DNA from: the human T2T-CHM13v2.0 reference genome, Homo sapiens
Reading direction: 5' to 3' (one strand)
Length of the DNA stretch: 64,000 nt
Assembly: GCF_009914755.1 (NCBI RefSeq)
Contig: NC_060929.1
Made by a program: the position numbers and the translations under genes. Each line of letters opens with the position of its first letter. Position 1 is the first letter of the stretch. The notes under the pieces are model-generated. The model was not told where the DNA came from. It worked only from the letters and a program-made list of their open reading frames with translations, and did not search any database. This document shows positions 38,011-55,669 of this stretch, piece by piece.

Positions 38011-38977
38011 ATCTATATTATCTCCAATCTGCATGAGATTCCTATTGTGTTCACTCGCATTTTACAAGTGAACTATCAAGTTCAGAGACATGGTGGGAAC
38101 TGCCCAGGGTCACACAGCCAGGAAGTAGTGGAGTTAGGATTCAAACCCAGCTGAGGCTGGGGGTAGGTGGGTTCAGAGCTCACAACTCTTAACCCCCTCT
38201 TATCAGGGGGTCCTAGTAGGGGGATCTGTCTCCATGCACACATGAGTGGTTCCCAGGGCTCCCCTGGGGAAACACAACTGCACAGATCACACCCACCCCA
38301 GCACAGCTCCCACCTGCTCCAACCTGCCTCAGGGCCTTGGTACTTGCTGTTCCTACAGCCTGAAATTCGCTTCCCACACATCTCAAGGCTGCCTCTCTCA
38401 TCCCTTGGGTGTCAGCTCAAATGGTTCTTCCTCAGAGAAGTCTTCCCAGCCAAAATAGCCCTCTCACCCCTTGCCTGTCTGTCCCATCGCCCTCTCTGTC
38501 TTTTCTCTGTAGCACTTATCCCCGCGGAAAGCATCCTGCCTGCTGGCTTGCGTTTTACTATCTTCTCCCACTACAATGTCAGCTGCAGGAACGTAGGAAC
38601 CTATTCACTGCGGCAGCCTCTACAACAATTCCTCTCTGGCATGGATATTTGTTGAATGAAAAGAAATGAATGAACAATCATTGACACATGCAGACGTGGC
38701 CAGAAGTCATCTGGGTCACGCTGGCAAGCAGGATACACGCAGACAGCCAGGTCTGGGTCCCCATCACCGGGAGCGTCACACCCATGCACGCCTTTATTCA
38801 GATGCATTCTGAGCTGAGTCTAGCACGGGCCTGCAGGATGGGAGGCAAAGTGGCTTGTGTTCCAAGCTGGTGGCAGGATTAGGGGGGCGGGGATGGTGAC
38901 AGGTTTATTTGTGTGCCTGGTGTGTGTGTGTGTGTGTGTGTGTTTGCCTGCATGTGCGGGTCAGAAGGATCGCTTAC

Positions 38978-39096
38978 CTTCAGATCAGTAGGGAATTCCT
39001 CCCTCTTCACCAGTCCTGTGGCTGCTGCGATGTTCCCTGCCCCAGAGAACACAGCTCCTCCCAGATGTGAGGCCTGTTCCTTGGTTTTTTCAGCCA
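38978..39096 (-). CDS. SNCB: SNCB coding exon (VAEKTKEQASHLGGAVFSGAGNIAAATGLVKREEFPTDLK)
   Basis: ctccag acceptor, gtaagc donor; lacks the 11-aa NAC stretch of alpha-synuclein, as expected for beta-synuclein. Confidence 0.97.
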
Positions 39097-39299
39097 CTGG
39101 AGCAGGGAGGGGGTTGAGGAAGGGGTTTGGGAGCCAGGGGGAAACACCGATGCCCTGCCTTGTAGTATCCCAGGGCCTGCCCTCCCCACGGAGCATTCCC
39201 GCAGAAGCCTTGGGAGTCTCCCCGGCCCCCGCCCTCTGGTTCCCGGCCAGATCATCCGCCTAAGTGAGAGAAGGGCTGGTGCCAGGGCTGGGCTAGTAC

Positions 39300-39341
39300 C
39301 TGAAGCCACACCTTGTACCACACCTTCTCGGGTCTTGCTTC
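39300..39341 (-). CDS. SNCB: SNCB coding exon (GSKTREGVVQGVASV)
   Basis: ctgcag acceptor, gtacta donor, 42 nt. Confidence 0.96.
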
Positions 39342-41976
39342 CTGCAGGGAGAAAAAGCGGCACATTTAAGGACTCTGCGCTGAGGGAACAGAAACTCCAG
39401 CACAGCATGGTGATTACAGAGTGGGCATCCTGGCCCCGTCACTGCCTCCTTGGGTCCCCACATCCTACAACCTGCACCCCCATGTTAACCCCCGTCTTAT
39501 CACTGCACTGGGCCCCACACCTCTGTCTGCAAGGGTTGCAGTTCTCTCCCACCTGATGCGATACCCCACCCCTCTAGTGGATGTTGGCTGAGGGCCAGTG
39601 CTGTGTCAAGTCCTCTGCCTGCCCCGCTGCACTTCACTTTTCCCCAGCCCTGGGAGGCGGGTGCTGTTATTGTCCCCGTTTCACGGATGGAAGCTCAGTG
39701 TGGGTTCCACCACTAGGAAGTGGCTGAACTGACATTCAAGTTCAGGCCTTTCTGACCCTAAAACTTTAGCTACCAACCACTCTCACAGCACGTAGCCCAG
39801 GATAGGAGGCAGGTGGGGGTGGGAGTAGGGGTGGAGCTGGGAGGCCACAAAGCCATGTATTTTGAAAGGTTCCCCTCGTGCCCCATGCACCACTGCCCAT
39901 AGCCCACTGCCCCACTCCATTTCCTCTAAAGATTCTCTTCTCCTAGCGAGGGTGCAAACCCCTTCTTCTGGCCAAAGTAGGGGGTGTCAGGCTCAGGGTG
40001 GGTCTAAAGGTGATGTGCAGATTGTAACTGGCACCCGTGGCATTGGCTGGGCCTTCCTCGGAGGGTAGCAACTTGATAACTTCAAAATGTCTGGGGGCCG
40101 CTGGGAAGGCCAGAGGGCCTGATCTGGGCTGGAGGATGAGAGACGGAAACGGGGTGGGGAGTATCCCGTCTGACAATTTGGCAACACAGACAACAGTGAT
40201 GGAGCCAGAACTGGGTGTCTAGGCAGACTGAGCCTGGCGGGGGGGTGGGGGAAGAGGCTGGTGTGGGAAGACAGGGTTCTCAGGGCGAAGGCCAACCAGC
40301 ACCCAGAGACAGGAGGGGCAGGCTGCATGCTCCCCTTTCACTCCTCCCACAAAACATCAGCTTCCACCTACTCTGTGCCAGGCCCTGGGCCAATCGCTCA
40401 CTGTCTGAAGTGGGTAAGAGAAGAACAGATTCAGTTCCTGGACCTCAAGTAGTGGGGAGAGGACTTCCAGCCTCCAAGGACTGACTATGTGAGGAGGGAA
40501 GGGACACTGCCTAGGCCTTGAGAAATGGGGAACAGATGGACATCAGAAAGGAGACTGCAGAGGGTATCCCAGGCCCAGGGACCCACACAGACAAGGCAGA
40601 GCAATGTGCTTTCAGGACAGTCCATGTGCCAGGAGCCATGGGTGTGGTGGGAAATGTAGACTGAGGCAGGACCATGAAGGGCACTGAATGCCAGGGTACA
40701 GGGAGCCGAGGCTTTAACTTGTAGGAACTGGGGTCCATCAGGGGCTCCCAGGCAGAGGCAGGAGCAGGAAGTGCCAATCTAAGGGGAAGAGCAGCATGGC
40801 TTGGAGGGGCCAAGTCTATTATCAGAGAGAGAGTGTCAGAGAGCCAGAGGCCAGCAGGAATGAAAGACCCTGGGGAGGAGGCAGGAGGGAGGCCAGAGCT
40901 GGGATCAAGCAGCCATGCACTTTAGCCTTCTCCCGGTCTCCATTGCCACCACCCTCGCCCCTGCCACCCTCATCCTGTGGCCTCATCAGGCCTCCCTGCA
41001 GTTTTTCTGTCCCCAGAGGCCCAAGTGACCGTTCTAAACTAATCACATCATGGCAGTCCCTTGCTTACAGTCTCTCGTGGCCATCATAACAACGTTTTGC
41101 CCTGGCCTGCAAAGGGCCCTCGTGAACTGTCTCCTGCCCATCGCTCTGACCTCACCTCCTACCACTACTTCCTGCCCTGCCCCCAGCTCACCCCAGGGCC
41201 TTTGCACCTGGCTTTTCTGCAGCCCTGCCCCCCTCTTATTACTCAGGGATGAGGCATTCTCTTCAGGGAGCCACTGGATGTCAACTCGCACTGCTGAAAT
41301 GCTCTGTATCACCATCAGGAGATCAGGAACCATTCTTTCCTGTTCACTGTGAAACCCCAGCATCCGCAGGATGCCTGGCACATAGTAAGTGGACACAAAA
41401 TATTTTTCAAATGGCCACAATCCAAATATGCCACGACCCTGGGCAAGTTATCCAACCCTGGCCTTTCTTCTGATACCAGCCAGTGGTTGCAAGGAAAGTG
41501 GACGGGGAAGAGAGCTGGCAAAGGTAAAACCACAAGAGTTGTGATGCAGGTGGACCTGGAACGCAACTCAACTCGGCCTTGGAGGTGCTGGAGGGAGGCG
41601 CCACAAGGGGAGGGGTGGGGCTTCAGAATCTATAAAGCTCCGTTCAAACCCCAGCTTCAGCATTTACCAGCTGCTGACCTTGGGCAAGGTACTTAGATCT
41701 CTGGGAAGCCCAGTTTCCCTTACCTGTAGAATGGGCCGAAGCATTACATGAGGAAATGGATGTTATGACATTTTACCCAGTACTTGGCATACAGAAAGTG
41801 TTCAACACCAGATAACTATTAATAATGGTAAAAAAGATAAGAAAAAGGAGGCTGTCTGCTTTCATCACTGCACTGGTCCCTGGCCTTTCAGCTGGAGCCC
41901 CCCACCTCATCAGCCCGCCCCGTGTCCCCATTTCCGGATACAGACCCAGGCTTCTATGGGCTGGCTATGTCCCCTA

Positions 41977-42288
<312 letters not shown>

Positions 42289-42388
42289 TCACCCCAGCCC
42301 CTCCCGCGGGACGCAGATGCCCCCCTACTCCCGAGACCGCGGCGCCCTTCTGGACCCTGAGCCCCCTCCCGCTTTCCCCCCATCTCAC

Positions 42389-42443
42389 CCCACTCCCCAG
42401 TGCGAAGCCTCAGGGCCGCGGAGAGTCCTAGCGTCCTTGAAAC
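42389..42443 (-). other. SNCB: Candidate 55-nt SNCB 5'UTR cassette exon
   Basis: ccccag|GTTTCAAGG...GAGTGGG|gtgaga. Confidence 0.5.
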
Positions 42444-42859
42444 CTGGGGACGCGGGAGGGGCCACTGCCTCGGTTATCCGGGCCCTGCAAACTGCAGCCC
42501 CGTCGAACCGGAGTGCTGGGTTCGGCGCGAATATCCAGGACCCGCCTGTACACGCACGGCACAGTCACACGGTCATGCACACAAACATACACCACGGACA
42601 AGCTCACGTGCACACACAGGACACGCAGACGCTCCAACGCGCACGAATACCCCGACCCACATGGGCGCGGACACACGTCCCCACAGCCGCCCGGGCAGCT
42701 GCAAACACCGGAGCATACTCACATACTCCGGGGTGCACACTGACGCGCATCCCCCGGGTCTCCCTCCATTTTCCATCCCCTTCCCCAGCTCCCTCCTGTC
42801 GCCCCAGTCCCCTCTCCATCCTCATCCCGTTCCCCATCCCCGGCGCGCGGCCGCCTCAC

Positions 42860-43130
42860 CTGGATGCGGGGCCGGGGCTGGGGATGGAGCGGCGGCTGCG
42901 GCGGGCGGACGCGGGGGCTCCGCTAGGCCAGGCCGGGGTGGACCAGGGGCCGGAGGAGGGATAGGGCCGGGATCAGGCGCTCGGGTCGCGGGTCCTGAGC
43001 AGGAGCGCAGCAGTGCCCGGGTCTCGGGTGCGTAGCCAGCCACCGCTCGTTCCTCGCGCCCTGCGAGCTCGCGCGCTCCGGCTCCGGCTCCGGCTCCGGC
43101 GCTGCGGCAGCTCTGAGCTCAGCGCCCCCG
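42860..43130 (-). other. SNCB: SNCB non-coding exon 1 (TSS approximate), contains (CGGAGC)4
   Basis: Donor CCAG|gtgagg at 42859 inside the CpG island. Confidence 0.7.
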
Positions 43131-44269
43131 CTGGCGGCCGCGCCGCCCCTTCGGCCTGACTGACAGGGGGCGGGGAGGGTGACAGCGCGTAGCCGATGAG
43201 CCTCCCGGGGCGGGCCCGGGACGCGCCCCTGGGGGCCCCGGCCGTAAGACTCGCGTAGTCTGTTGGGAGTTGAGGGAGGGGGACAACGCGGCGTGTGAAG
43301 AGTGGGGAAGAAATCACGCGACTGGATTTGGAGTTCTGCTGGGCTCGAATCTCAGCTGTGCTTTTTATTAACCGTGGGACCTTGAGCTACTCGGCTCTCC
43401 TTTCTGAATGACAGTTTCCTCCTCTGTAAAACAGGAATGGTTAATTCAACGAATGTTTACTGAGCGCTTAGTCCAGTGGTGCAGGTTTAAGGCTGGAGGC
43501 AGCGGAAAAGGAAAACAAGGTTCCTGGTCTCGGGAAGCTTACCATGGGGGTGTCTGTACGCGTGTGTGTTCGTGCGCTCAGTGGTGGAAGACAGGACAGA
43601 AAATAAACGGATCAACATCCAAAGCAACAAGGTCATTACAGCTTGTAAGTTGTGAAGGTAACGGTGATGTAACACGGGGACTAGAGGAGGGGTGCTTGAG
43701 ACAGGGTGCTCAGGGAAGGCCTCTACCAGCAGGTGAATTGTAGCAGAGACTCCAGAGAGGCACCATGACACCACGATGGGTGAGGACAAGATCCATAGAG
43801 AGTGCAAGTGCAAAGGCTCCAAGGCAGGACTGTGCTGACAAAAGACAGCGCAGCTGGAGAGCCAGGATGGAGGGAGGTGGAGAACAAAACCACTTTTTTG
43901 TGTGCTTACGGTGGGGACTGTCAAAATGATCACAGAATGCCAGGCACACAGTAGGCCCTCAGTTGGTTCTATGATAGAATTATGCCCAAGAAGCTGTAGT
44001 ATCCCAGAGGAAAGGGACTCTGACAACTTAGGGGAGTCAGGAAAGGACATAAAAAAGAGGTGACAACTGAACTGTGGCCTGACAGGAAGGGGACTATTTC
44101 ATCGAGCAGGCTAGGGAGAAAGAGAATTTTAGGCTGTGGGTACAGCATGGGCAAAGGCACTGTGGCCAGAAATGCAGGGTGTGTAAGTGACAGGTAATTA
44201 GGCGAGGGGGCCACCAGCAGCCAGACTGCAAAAAAAAAAAAAAAGGAAAAAACCCAACCAACCAAACAA

Positions 44270-45135
<866 letters not shown>

Positions 45136-45329
45136 ACACCTCTGTAATAATTTCTGAGAAAACTGTTAAAGGGAGTTGCACCTAGGAAACGGGACTGAGA
45201 GGGTTCAGGGAAGGAAGTTTCACATTCCATTGCCTTCCTTACTGGTGCTGTTTGATTATTTTCCCTTGGATAGTATTTTACTTGTGTTATTTTAAGAACT
45301 AGCATGGAGGGTACCTGCAGTTATTTTTG

Positions 45330-46275
<946 letters not shown>

Positions 46276-47197
46276 TGCCAGAGTACAAGATAAAGAAAGA
46301 TGAAGGAGGATGGAGGAGCGGGGAGAAGGAGGAAGAGAGAAAGAAGATGAAATGAAGCGTGTCTGAACTTCAGATCACAGGAAACAAGAAGTCACTGAAG
46401 GATTTTAAGCACAAGAGACCTAATAAGATTTGCATTTTATGGGGCCAAACGGAGATGGGTTGGAGGAGGATAAGGCTGGCTGTAGAAAGATCAGTAGGAG
46501 GCTGGGGCAGACTCCAGAGGAGGGACAAGGACGCCTGAACTACAGAAGCCCGGGTGACGCTGGAGCAGGGCTGGAAGGAGAGACGTGAACATCACTTGGG
46601 AGTAACTTATTAGGTGTTATGGGAGAGGGAGAAGGACAAGTTGAGGAAGATTCCCAGGTTTCTGGTTTGGACAATGGGGTGAGTGATGTTGCTGCAAAAT
46701 GAAATAGGCATTGAGGGGGTGGAGCAGCTTGGTGGGGGGATGATGATGAGCTTGTCTGGGGGAATGACAGACAAGCTGGAGGAGGTGTCCAGCAGACACT
46801 AGGGTATCTGAGCCCAGAGCTCAGGAAAGCACTCCAGGCTGGCTTCAGATGCAGATTTGAGCCACGGTGTACTCAGAATTCTTTAACAAATGGCACAAAT
46901 GGCTCTCCAAGGTTGGGGCGGGAAAAGGGTAGGCAGGAAGGAACACCTAGATTTGTGGTTTGCCAATGTCCTTGGGGTAAAATACTCCCACCACAGTTGA
47001 TTCCAAGCTGTCAGTGTGATGTCATTGAACAGAAAATTGGTTCAGTTATCTAGAATTTTCATGAGACAGATAACGTAGATAAAAATAACCTTAAGAGCAC
47101 AGATAATAGTAAAATAACTAGGAAGTTATGTGTTTTGAGTATTATCTATGTTTTTTAAACATAATGTAACTATAACTTTATATAATTTAATTTTTAA

Positions 47198-47548
<351 letters not shown>

Positions 47549-48114
47549 AGATTCCTGAAGTTTTAACAATTGTTCTTGTGAGCCAAGTGAGATCAGTGCC
47601 CCACTGGGTTTGGAGTCATTAGCATAGAGGTGGTGGCTGGAGCCATAGGGCTGAGTGTGATCGTCCGGGGGTGCACGGAGAGTGAAAAGAAGAGAGTGCC
47701 CGGAACAGACTCCTGAGGTGCTGCAAACTTCGGGGTGGCCAGAAGCAGAGGAACCTGGAGAAAGACTGAGAAGGCTCTGGCAGTGAGAAAGAAGGACAAG
47801 CTGAAGAGAGTGCACAAAGACCTTGGGGACAGAGGTCGACGAGATAAATGCTAGAGGGAGGCCGAAGGAGACCAGCAGTGGAGAGTCTGCGATGGATGGG
47901 CAGCAAGTGGGTGACTGGGGAGCTGAATAGCAGTGAGCGCAAAGAGGGAAGGGGCAGCAGGGGACAGCCTCCAGGAGAAAGTGACATTCGAGCTGGGTTT
48001 TGAAAGACGAGAAGGACCTTACAAGTGGTGGTGAGCATTCCCAGCAAGGGATCTAGCAGGTGGGACAGTCCAGAGTGTCGAGGTAACAGAAAATAGGTTA
48101 AATTCTGAGTCAGG

Positions 48115-48385
48115 CAGGAAGTTCGTTTGGCTGCTAGCACAGAAGCTTAGGCAAAGCAGGCATTTATTCTTTCACTTAAACAAGTCCAGTGGTGGGCAGT
48201 CCACAGGTGGTGTGATGACTTCACAGTCATCAGGAACCCAGACTCCTACCTTTCTGATGCACCATTCTTAGTACATGCATTTCATCCTCATGGCCCAAGA
48301 TGGCTGCTGCAGCTCCTGCCATCATGTTGATGCAGACAGCAGGAAGAGGGGAGGTAGGGTAAAAAGAATATCTGCCAGTTGTCTG
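48115..48385 (-). mobile_element. MaLR (MLT1-like) LTR fragment
   Basis: catttattctttcac...caagtccag...caagatggctgctgcagctcc. Confidence 0.55.
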
Positions 48386-48387
48386 TC

Positions 48388-48695
48388 TTTTTCTTTCTTT
48401 CTTTCCTTTTTTTTTGAGACGGAGTCTAGCTCTGTTGCCCAGGCCTGAGTACAATGGTGTAATCTCGGCTCACTGCAACCTCTGCCTCCCGGGTTCAAGC
48501 TATTCTCTTGCCTCAGCCTCCTGAGTAGCTGGAACCACAGGCACATGCCACCATGCCCGGATAATTTTTGTATTTTTAGTAGAGACGGGGTTTCACCTTG
48601 TTGGCTAGGCTGGTCTCGAACTCCTGACCTCAGGTGATCTGCCCGCCTCAGCCTCCCAAAGTGCTAGGATTACAGGCATGAGCCACCGTTCCCAG
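48388..48695 (-). mobile_element. Alu (AluSx-like)
   Basis: Full dimer. Confidence 0.95.
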
Positions 48696-49448
48696 CTAGA
48701 TTCACCAATTATTAGCATTTGCTACATTTTTCTCTCTTGCTCCGTATGTGCTTCCCTCAGAAGGGGGCACGGATACTGGGTCACCACTCTCTAGCAGGAT
48801 GGATCCTTTCCCCCGCCACATACCCCTACCACCCTTTAGAGCATGGGGTGGCAAAGCTCGGGCTCGTGGGCCTCCAGTGGCCAGTGGCCACCTGCGAGCC
48901 TCAGGAACTCTCACTGTTTCTGTTCTCTCTTTCCCCAGGAAATGGGCCTTTCCATTCTTTTCTTCCTCTCCCCTTCCTAGGAATGTACTAAGGACGATGA
49001 CTCTGGAAGCTTCTGGGAAGGGAACATGGCAAAAGGTGGGAAAGGGTTTTAGAGAAGATCCTCGTTGGAGCAGCTGGAGCAGAGAGTTCTCTTAAGTGGA
49101 TCCTGGGGATTCCAGCCCCGCCTGGGTTCTGCAAAAATCCAGATGTGCCTTTGTAACTCTGTGTGTGGCGCCTGGCAGATTAAACATTTAGCAGCATTCC
49201 TGCTGTCCAGAGGCCTCAGAGTCCTGCAGGGCAGGCAGGACGGGAAGCTGAGAACAGGGAGGGGAACCGGGGACATTTACTGAACATCTGCAATGTGCCA
49301 AGTACTCCATCCATTACGTCACGACGTCCTCACGGCAATCCTTCAAAGCAGGCATTTTCATTCCCATTTTACAGATAAGGGAATTGATACCCAGAGAGGG
49401 AAAGTCACTGGCCTTTGTTCTTTTCAATCAGTTTTCCCTGAGTGCCTA

Positions 49449-50093
<645 letters not shown>

Positions 50094-51242
50094 TCAGGAG
50101 GTGACAAATGCTGGGGGCAGTGAGGGAGGAGAAGCAGAGGAATTGCTGCACTGGGCTGAGGGGGGTTGGACAGTCACATACGATGGGCAGGGATCGCCTA
50201 CCCTGAGAGAGGTTAGGAAGTGAGGGGACAGCCTCTGGAAGTCCTAAGGCAGGAGGTGGCTGGCACATCTGAAGATCTGCATGACTGAAGGCCACTGTGG
50301 CTGCAGCAGAGGGAGGGAGAGGAGGGCTGGAGGGAGGAGGGCCTTGTGGGCTCCTGCGCTGTGAGCAGAGGAGGGAGTGATCCAGATTTCATTTTAACGG
50401 CTGCTGTGTAGGGAGTAGGGAGGGGACTATTCTTGGGCAAGGGTGAAAGCTGAGGACCAGTTCAGAGGCCATCACCATCACACAGGCAGGATGACTGTCA
50501 CTTGGGCTGGGATGGTGGCAATGGAGACCAAGAGAAGTGGTTGGGTCCTGGATGTTTTGAAGGGAGAACTGGTCATGGCATGTGCTAACAGGTGAGAAGG
50601 ACAGAGCCCCAGGACCATTCCAGCGTTTTCGGCTGAGCAGTTGGAAGGGTGGAGAAGACGGTTGGAAGAACAAGTCTGGAGCGGGGCAGAGGAGGTGTCA
50701 GGAATTCATCTTTGGACATGGTAGCTCTGAGATGCATAGTAGATACCCAGATGGAGCTGTCGGGCGGGCAGTTGGATATGCTCTTCTGGATTTCTGGTGG
50801 CGGCTAAGCATGTCACTCTCTAAATGACATTTAATGCCCATTACTGGATAAGGGCATGAAACAGCAAGTACTGACAGAACAGACAAGAGGTCCCAGGGCT
50901 TAGTCCTAGGGCCTTCTGATGCAAAGAGAAGAAACCATCCATTTTGTTCACAGCTGTGCTCCCCAGAGCCTAAAATGGTGTCCGGCACAAAGTAATTGGT
51001 AGGTCATTATTTGTTGAATGAATAAACGAATAAGTAGTGTTAAGCGCTAAGAAGGAAATAGAACAGAGTGATGAGTTAGAGGGCATGGGGGAGAGTGTTC
51101 TTCTGTAGATAGGGTAGCAGTCAGGGAAGGCCTCTTTGAGAAGGTGACATTTGAGCCAAGCCCAGAAGGACAAGGAGAAGTTCTGTAAAAAGTTGCAGAG
51201 GAAACTGCAAGTGCAAAGGCCCTGAGGCAGGAACAAATCTAG

Positions 51243-51682
<440 letters not shown>

Positions 51683-52216
51683 GGGTTTTAAACAAAGAAG
51701 TTACGTGACCAGATTAATATTTTAAATGATCCCCCCGAGGAACCTGGAGAACTTTCTGTAGGAAAGCAGGAGTGGAAGCAAGTGGAGTGTCAGGAAATAC
51801 ACAGCAGCCAAGGTCAGAACCAGCTTCTCTGGAGTCAGGGGAGTTGGGAGGGAGAGGAATGGGCAGATTCAAGATATTTTAGGAACAGGATGGTAGGGCT
51901 GGGATTTAAGAGCCCCTGCTGGTTCAATCCCAGCATGAAGATGTCCCCCATAGACAGACTTGGAAGGGCCTCAGGGAGGGGCCAGGATGCCTGTAGCGCC
52001 AGGGGGGTTGCTCTTAAGGTCTCTCCTTAGTCACCTCAATCCAAGACTCCAGGAGCTTCCCCAGGCTGGAAGCTGTGGGAAGTGGTGGGAAGGGGTGCTG
52101 TGGCTGGGAGGGTCATTCCGAGCTGGGCTCTGGGCCACAGCTGTAAGGTAGCTAAGACCATGCCCGGTACTGGGGGGAGCCCTTCCTTCCTTTTTCTTCA
52201 TCAGATCTAGATTCCT

Positions 52217-52519
52217 GGCCGGCACAGTGGCTCACACTCGTAATCCCAACACTTTGGGAAGCAAAGGCAGGAGAATCACTTGAACCCTCCCAGGCTGATT
52301 TGAGACCAGTCTAGGCCACATATTGAGACCTCATCTCTATTTTTTTTTTAATTGAAAATTAGCCAGACATGGTGGTGTGCACCTGTAGTCCCAGTTTCTC
52401 GGGAGGCTGAGGAGGGAGAATGAGCCAAGGAGTTTGAGGCTGCAGTGAGCTATGGTCATGCCACTACACTCCAGCTTGGGCAACAGAGCAAGACACTGTC
52501 TCAAAACAACAACAACAAA
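52217..52519 (+). mobile_element. Alu (AluJ-like)
   Basis: TSD ATCTAGATTC. Confidence 0.92.
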
Positions 52520-52579
52520 ATCTAGATTCGTGAGCTCTTCCCAGCCTGGTCCTCTTCCAGTGCTCCCTCTGTCCAAATT

Positions 52580-53052
52580 TCTTCAATGCTCCTCCCACTG
52601 AGAGGTGGCAGTATGTCCCCTCCCTTGAATCTGGGCCTGTGACTCTAGTAGAATAGAGTGGGTCTGATGTGGTGCCAGGTTTCAGGCCCAGGCCTTAAGA
52701 AACTGGCAGCTTCTGCTTCCTGTCTCTTGGGATGCTTGCTCTGGGAACCCAGCCACCACGCCGGGAAGAAGCCAAGCAGCCACATGGAGAGGCCACGCAG
52801 TGCCATCCTGGCCAGCACCCCCAGCTGAGGCTCCAGCTGACAGCTGGCATCAGCTGCCCCACGTGTGAGTGAGCAGATGACTCCCGCCCCAACCTGTAAG
52901 CCACCCTAGCTGACCTCCCTTTGAAGGAGAGCTGGGCTGTCCTACTGAGCACTACCCACATTGCACGCTTGTGAGCATAATAAATGATGATTATTGTTTT
53001 AAGCCACTGAGTTTGGGGTGGTTTGTTGTGCAGCAATAGATAAGTGGGACAC
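52580..53052 (+). mobile_element. MaLR (MLT1-like) solo LTR
   Basis: ccttgaatctggg...ggaacccagccacc...tgttttaagccactgagtttggggtggtttgttgtgcagcaataga. Confidence 0.8.
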
Positions 53053-53549
53053 AGTGCTTCACCCCTCCAGGGCCTATCTATCACTAAATATCACTGAGTT
53101 TTCCTTCTACATACCCCTTGAGTCTATTATCATCTCTCCATCTTCTCTGCCGCCCCCTCTGTCACCTGGACGACTACATTAGCATCCTAGTCAGTGTTTC
53201 CCCACACCTTCTTGCAGCCACAGGGTTCTGTTTCCTACACAGCAATCCAGAGAACCTGCTGAAAAGCATATCTGATTGCCTCCCCAGCCAGTCTGTACAT
53301 GCTCAAAATGCTCAGTGGCTCCCCACTGCCCCTAGGATCAGGCTTACCCATTTCTTTCCCCTTTTAGCTTCGCCCACACTGGCCTGTCTTCTCGTCCTCT
53401 GGTATTCCACATTCCCTTTGCCCCAGGGCATTTGCACATACTGTTCCCACTCCCAGAGATGCCCTCCCCGACCCAGTTAATTATTTCCTATTATTTCTTG
53501 TTTATGCTTTAGGTCTTTGCTCAAATACCACCTCTCAGTGACCTTCTTC

Positions 53550-54060
53550 TCAGTGGTTCTTAAAACGGGGTCCCTGGCCAGCAGCATCTGGGAACTTGTT
53601 AGAAATACAAACATCCTGGGCCTGGCGCTTTGGGTCACGCCTGTAATCCCAGCACTTGGGAGGCCAAGGTGGGCAGATTGCTTGAGTCTAGACATTCAAG
53701 ACCAGCCTGGGCAACATGGCAAAACCCTACCTCTACAAAATAAAACAAAACAAAACAAAACTAGCTGGGCGTGGTGGTGCATGCCTGTAGTCCCAGCTAC
53801 TCGGGAGGCTGAGGTGGGGGAATCACCTGAGCTGAGACGTCAAGACGGCAGTGAGCCAAGATGGCACCACTGCACTCCCGCCTGGGCAGCTGGAGTGAGA
53901 CCTTGCCTGAAAACAATATAAATAAATAAATAAAATGGAAACATCCTCAAGCCCAAGCCCAGAACTAAGGCGTCAGAAGTTCTGAGACAGGGCCCAGCAG
54001 CGTGTGATGAGCAAGCCGTGCAGGTGATTCTGATACACGCACCTAAGAACTGCCGCTCTG
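53550..54060 (+). mobile_element. MER5A split by an AluJ (53619-53935)
   Basis: cagtggttctt...acttgttagaaatacaaacatcct, then the Alu, then aaacatcct...caggtgattctgat. Confidence 0.8.
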
Positions 54061-54939
54061 AAGCCCCAGCTTGGATCGTGGACTTTTTAGGTTCTCCCAT
54101 CCCCGAATCCCTTTCCTTCAGTGGGTTGTGTTTGTGACGACACAGATTGTCTGAGGGATGCATAATCTCATAAACCTGAGCACAGGGCCCGCTTGTTTTT
54201 CGCTCATCACCGTAGCAGCACCTAACCCTGTGCCTAGCACGTACCAGGGCTTAAGGCTGTGGGTTGAGCAAATACTCAGCCTCCAGATGGTCACGAGCCC
54301 CCCAAGTGTGGGGGAGGAGCAGGGCCTTTTATACGTCTGGGACCCTAAAAGTGCCCAAGGGGAGGAGGCAAAACTTTAAAGGACTTGGGGAGCCTTCAGC
54401 CTCCACAGAAAAGGGGTTGTTCAGAAGGCCGATAAAGGGTGTCCAAAGCTTCCCTGCCTTCCTTCCCCATCCCAGTCCCCACCCTCCCCAACCTGGGAGA
54501 ACCCTCAGCTGACTTCTGTTGAGCACGAGCCAGGCCTTGTTCTACGGGTTCTATGTGTTCTATATCATTTAATACCCTCAACAAGCTTCTGAGTTGTGTA
54601 TGATTAACATTTTCATTTTACAGATGGGGAAACTGACTCGATGAAGCTCAGGCCTGGCCGCGGTCAGGGTAGAATCAGGACTGGAACCCAGGCTGTGTGG
54701 CTGCGGCCCTGACCCTCACCATCCAGGTCAGGCAGAGAACACTCAGGTGGGGCAGGAGGTAAGGTGGGGGCTGTGGGGAGCCTCATGTGTCTCCAAAGGG
54801 ACTGGGGGCCTGTGAGGCAGTGAGTCGGGGAGGAACTTTCCAAATCCTCAAGAGAAACCAAAAGTGTGAATCTTAGTATAAAACCCCCCTATGTCTAAAT
54901 GTTGGCAGATGATTAAACTTTTAAAAAACTCAGATGCCA

Positions 54940-55090
54940 CTGGGTATGGTGGCTCATGCCAGTAATCCCAGCACTTTGGGAGGCTGAAATGGGAGATCAC
55001 TTGAGCCCAGGAGTTGCCTGGGCAACATAGTGAGATTCCTTCATCTCTAGTCAAAAGAATATTTTATTTAAAAACAAACAAACAAAAAAA
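54940..55090 (+). mobile_element. Alu monomer (FLAM-like) inside a MER102-like remnant
   Basis: AAAAAACTCAG on both sides. Confidence 0.8.
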
Positions 55091-55368
55091 CTCAGGTGCT
55101 TCCAGAGACCAGATGAATACCTGCTCTGATGTGAGGTTGGGGATGGTGCCAGAAGGCCCCACGGCCATGTCAGTGTCTCTGCTTCTGCCATCGGCAGGGC
55201 CGTCCACCTCACATTCTGGGGTCACCCTCCACGGGATGCAGACCTTGCTTTCCCTTCGAGCAGGCTCCAAATATTGACGCTTACCTTCAGGTCTTGGCCC
55301 CCATGGTGTGGGGCTTGGTCACAGCTGCTTCCCCAGCCCCAGGCCTGCACGAAGAAGGCACTCACTAA

Positions 55369-55383
55369 ATGCTTGCTGTTGAG
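55369..55383 (+). CDS. EIF4E1B: EIF4E1B first coding segment (MLAVE)
   Basis: ATG CTT GCT GTT GAG|gtaatc; phase 0 into the next exon; total CDS 729 nt = 242 aa. Confidence 0.85.
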
Positions 55384-55669
55384 GTAATCAGCCTGGCCTC
55401 TCTACCCCCAATGCACCATGGCCCCGCCCTCTCCCCCCCCCCCTCCCCGCCCGGCCCCAGGTGGGCGGGGCAGGTGCTGGTGGGTTAAAAGCTGGTAGCT
55501 GGGGGCTTTTCAGATGCTGGGTCCTCCATGGAGTTTGAGCTGGGCATGGCTACTGAAGGCCTTGTGAGTCCCCTGCCTTCCCCTCCTGGAGCAGGGGATG
55601 GGCAGGGTGGGCACAGGGACAGCCAGGGCCAGAGCTCACAACCCATCCTGACTCCTTTTTTTGGCTCAG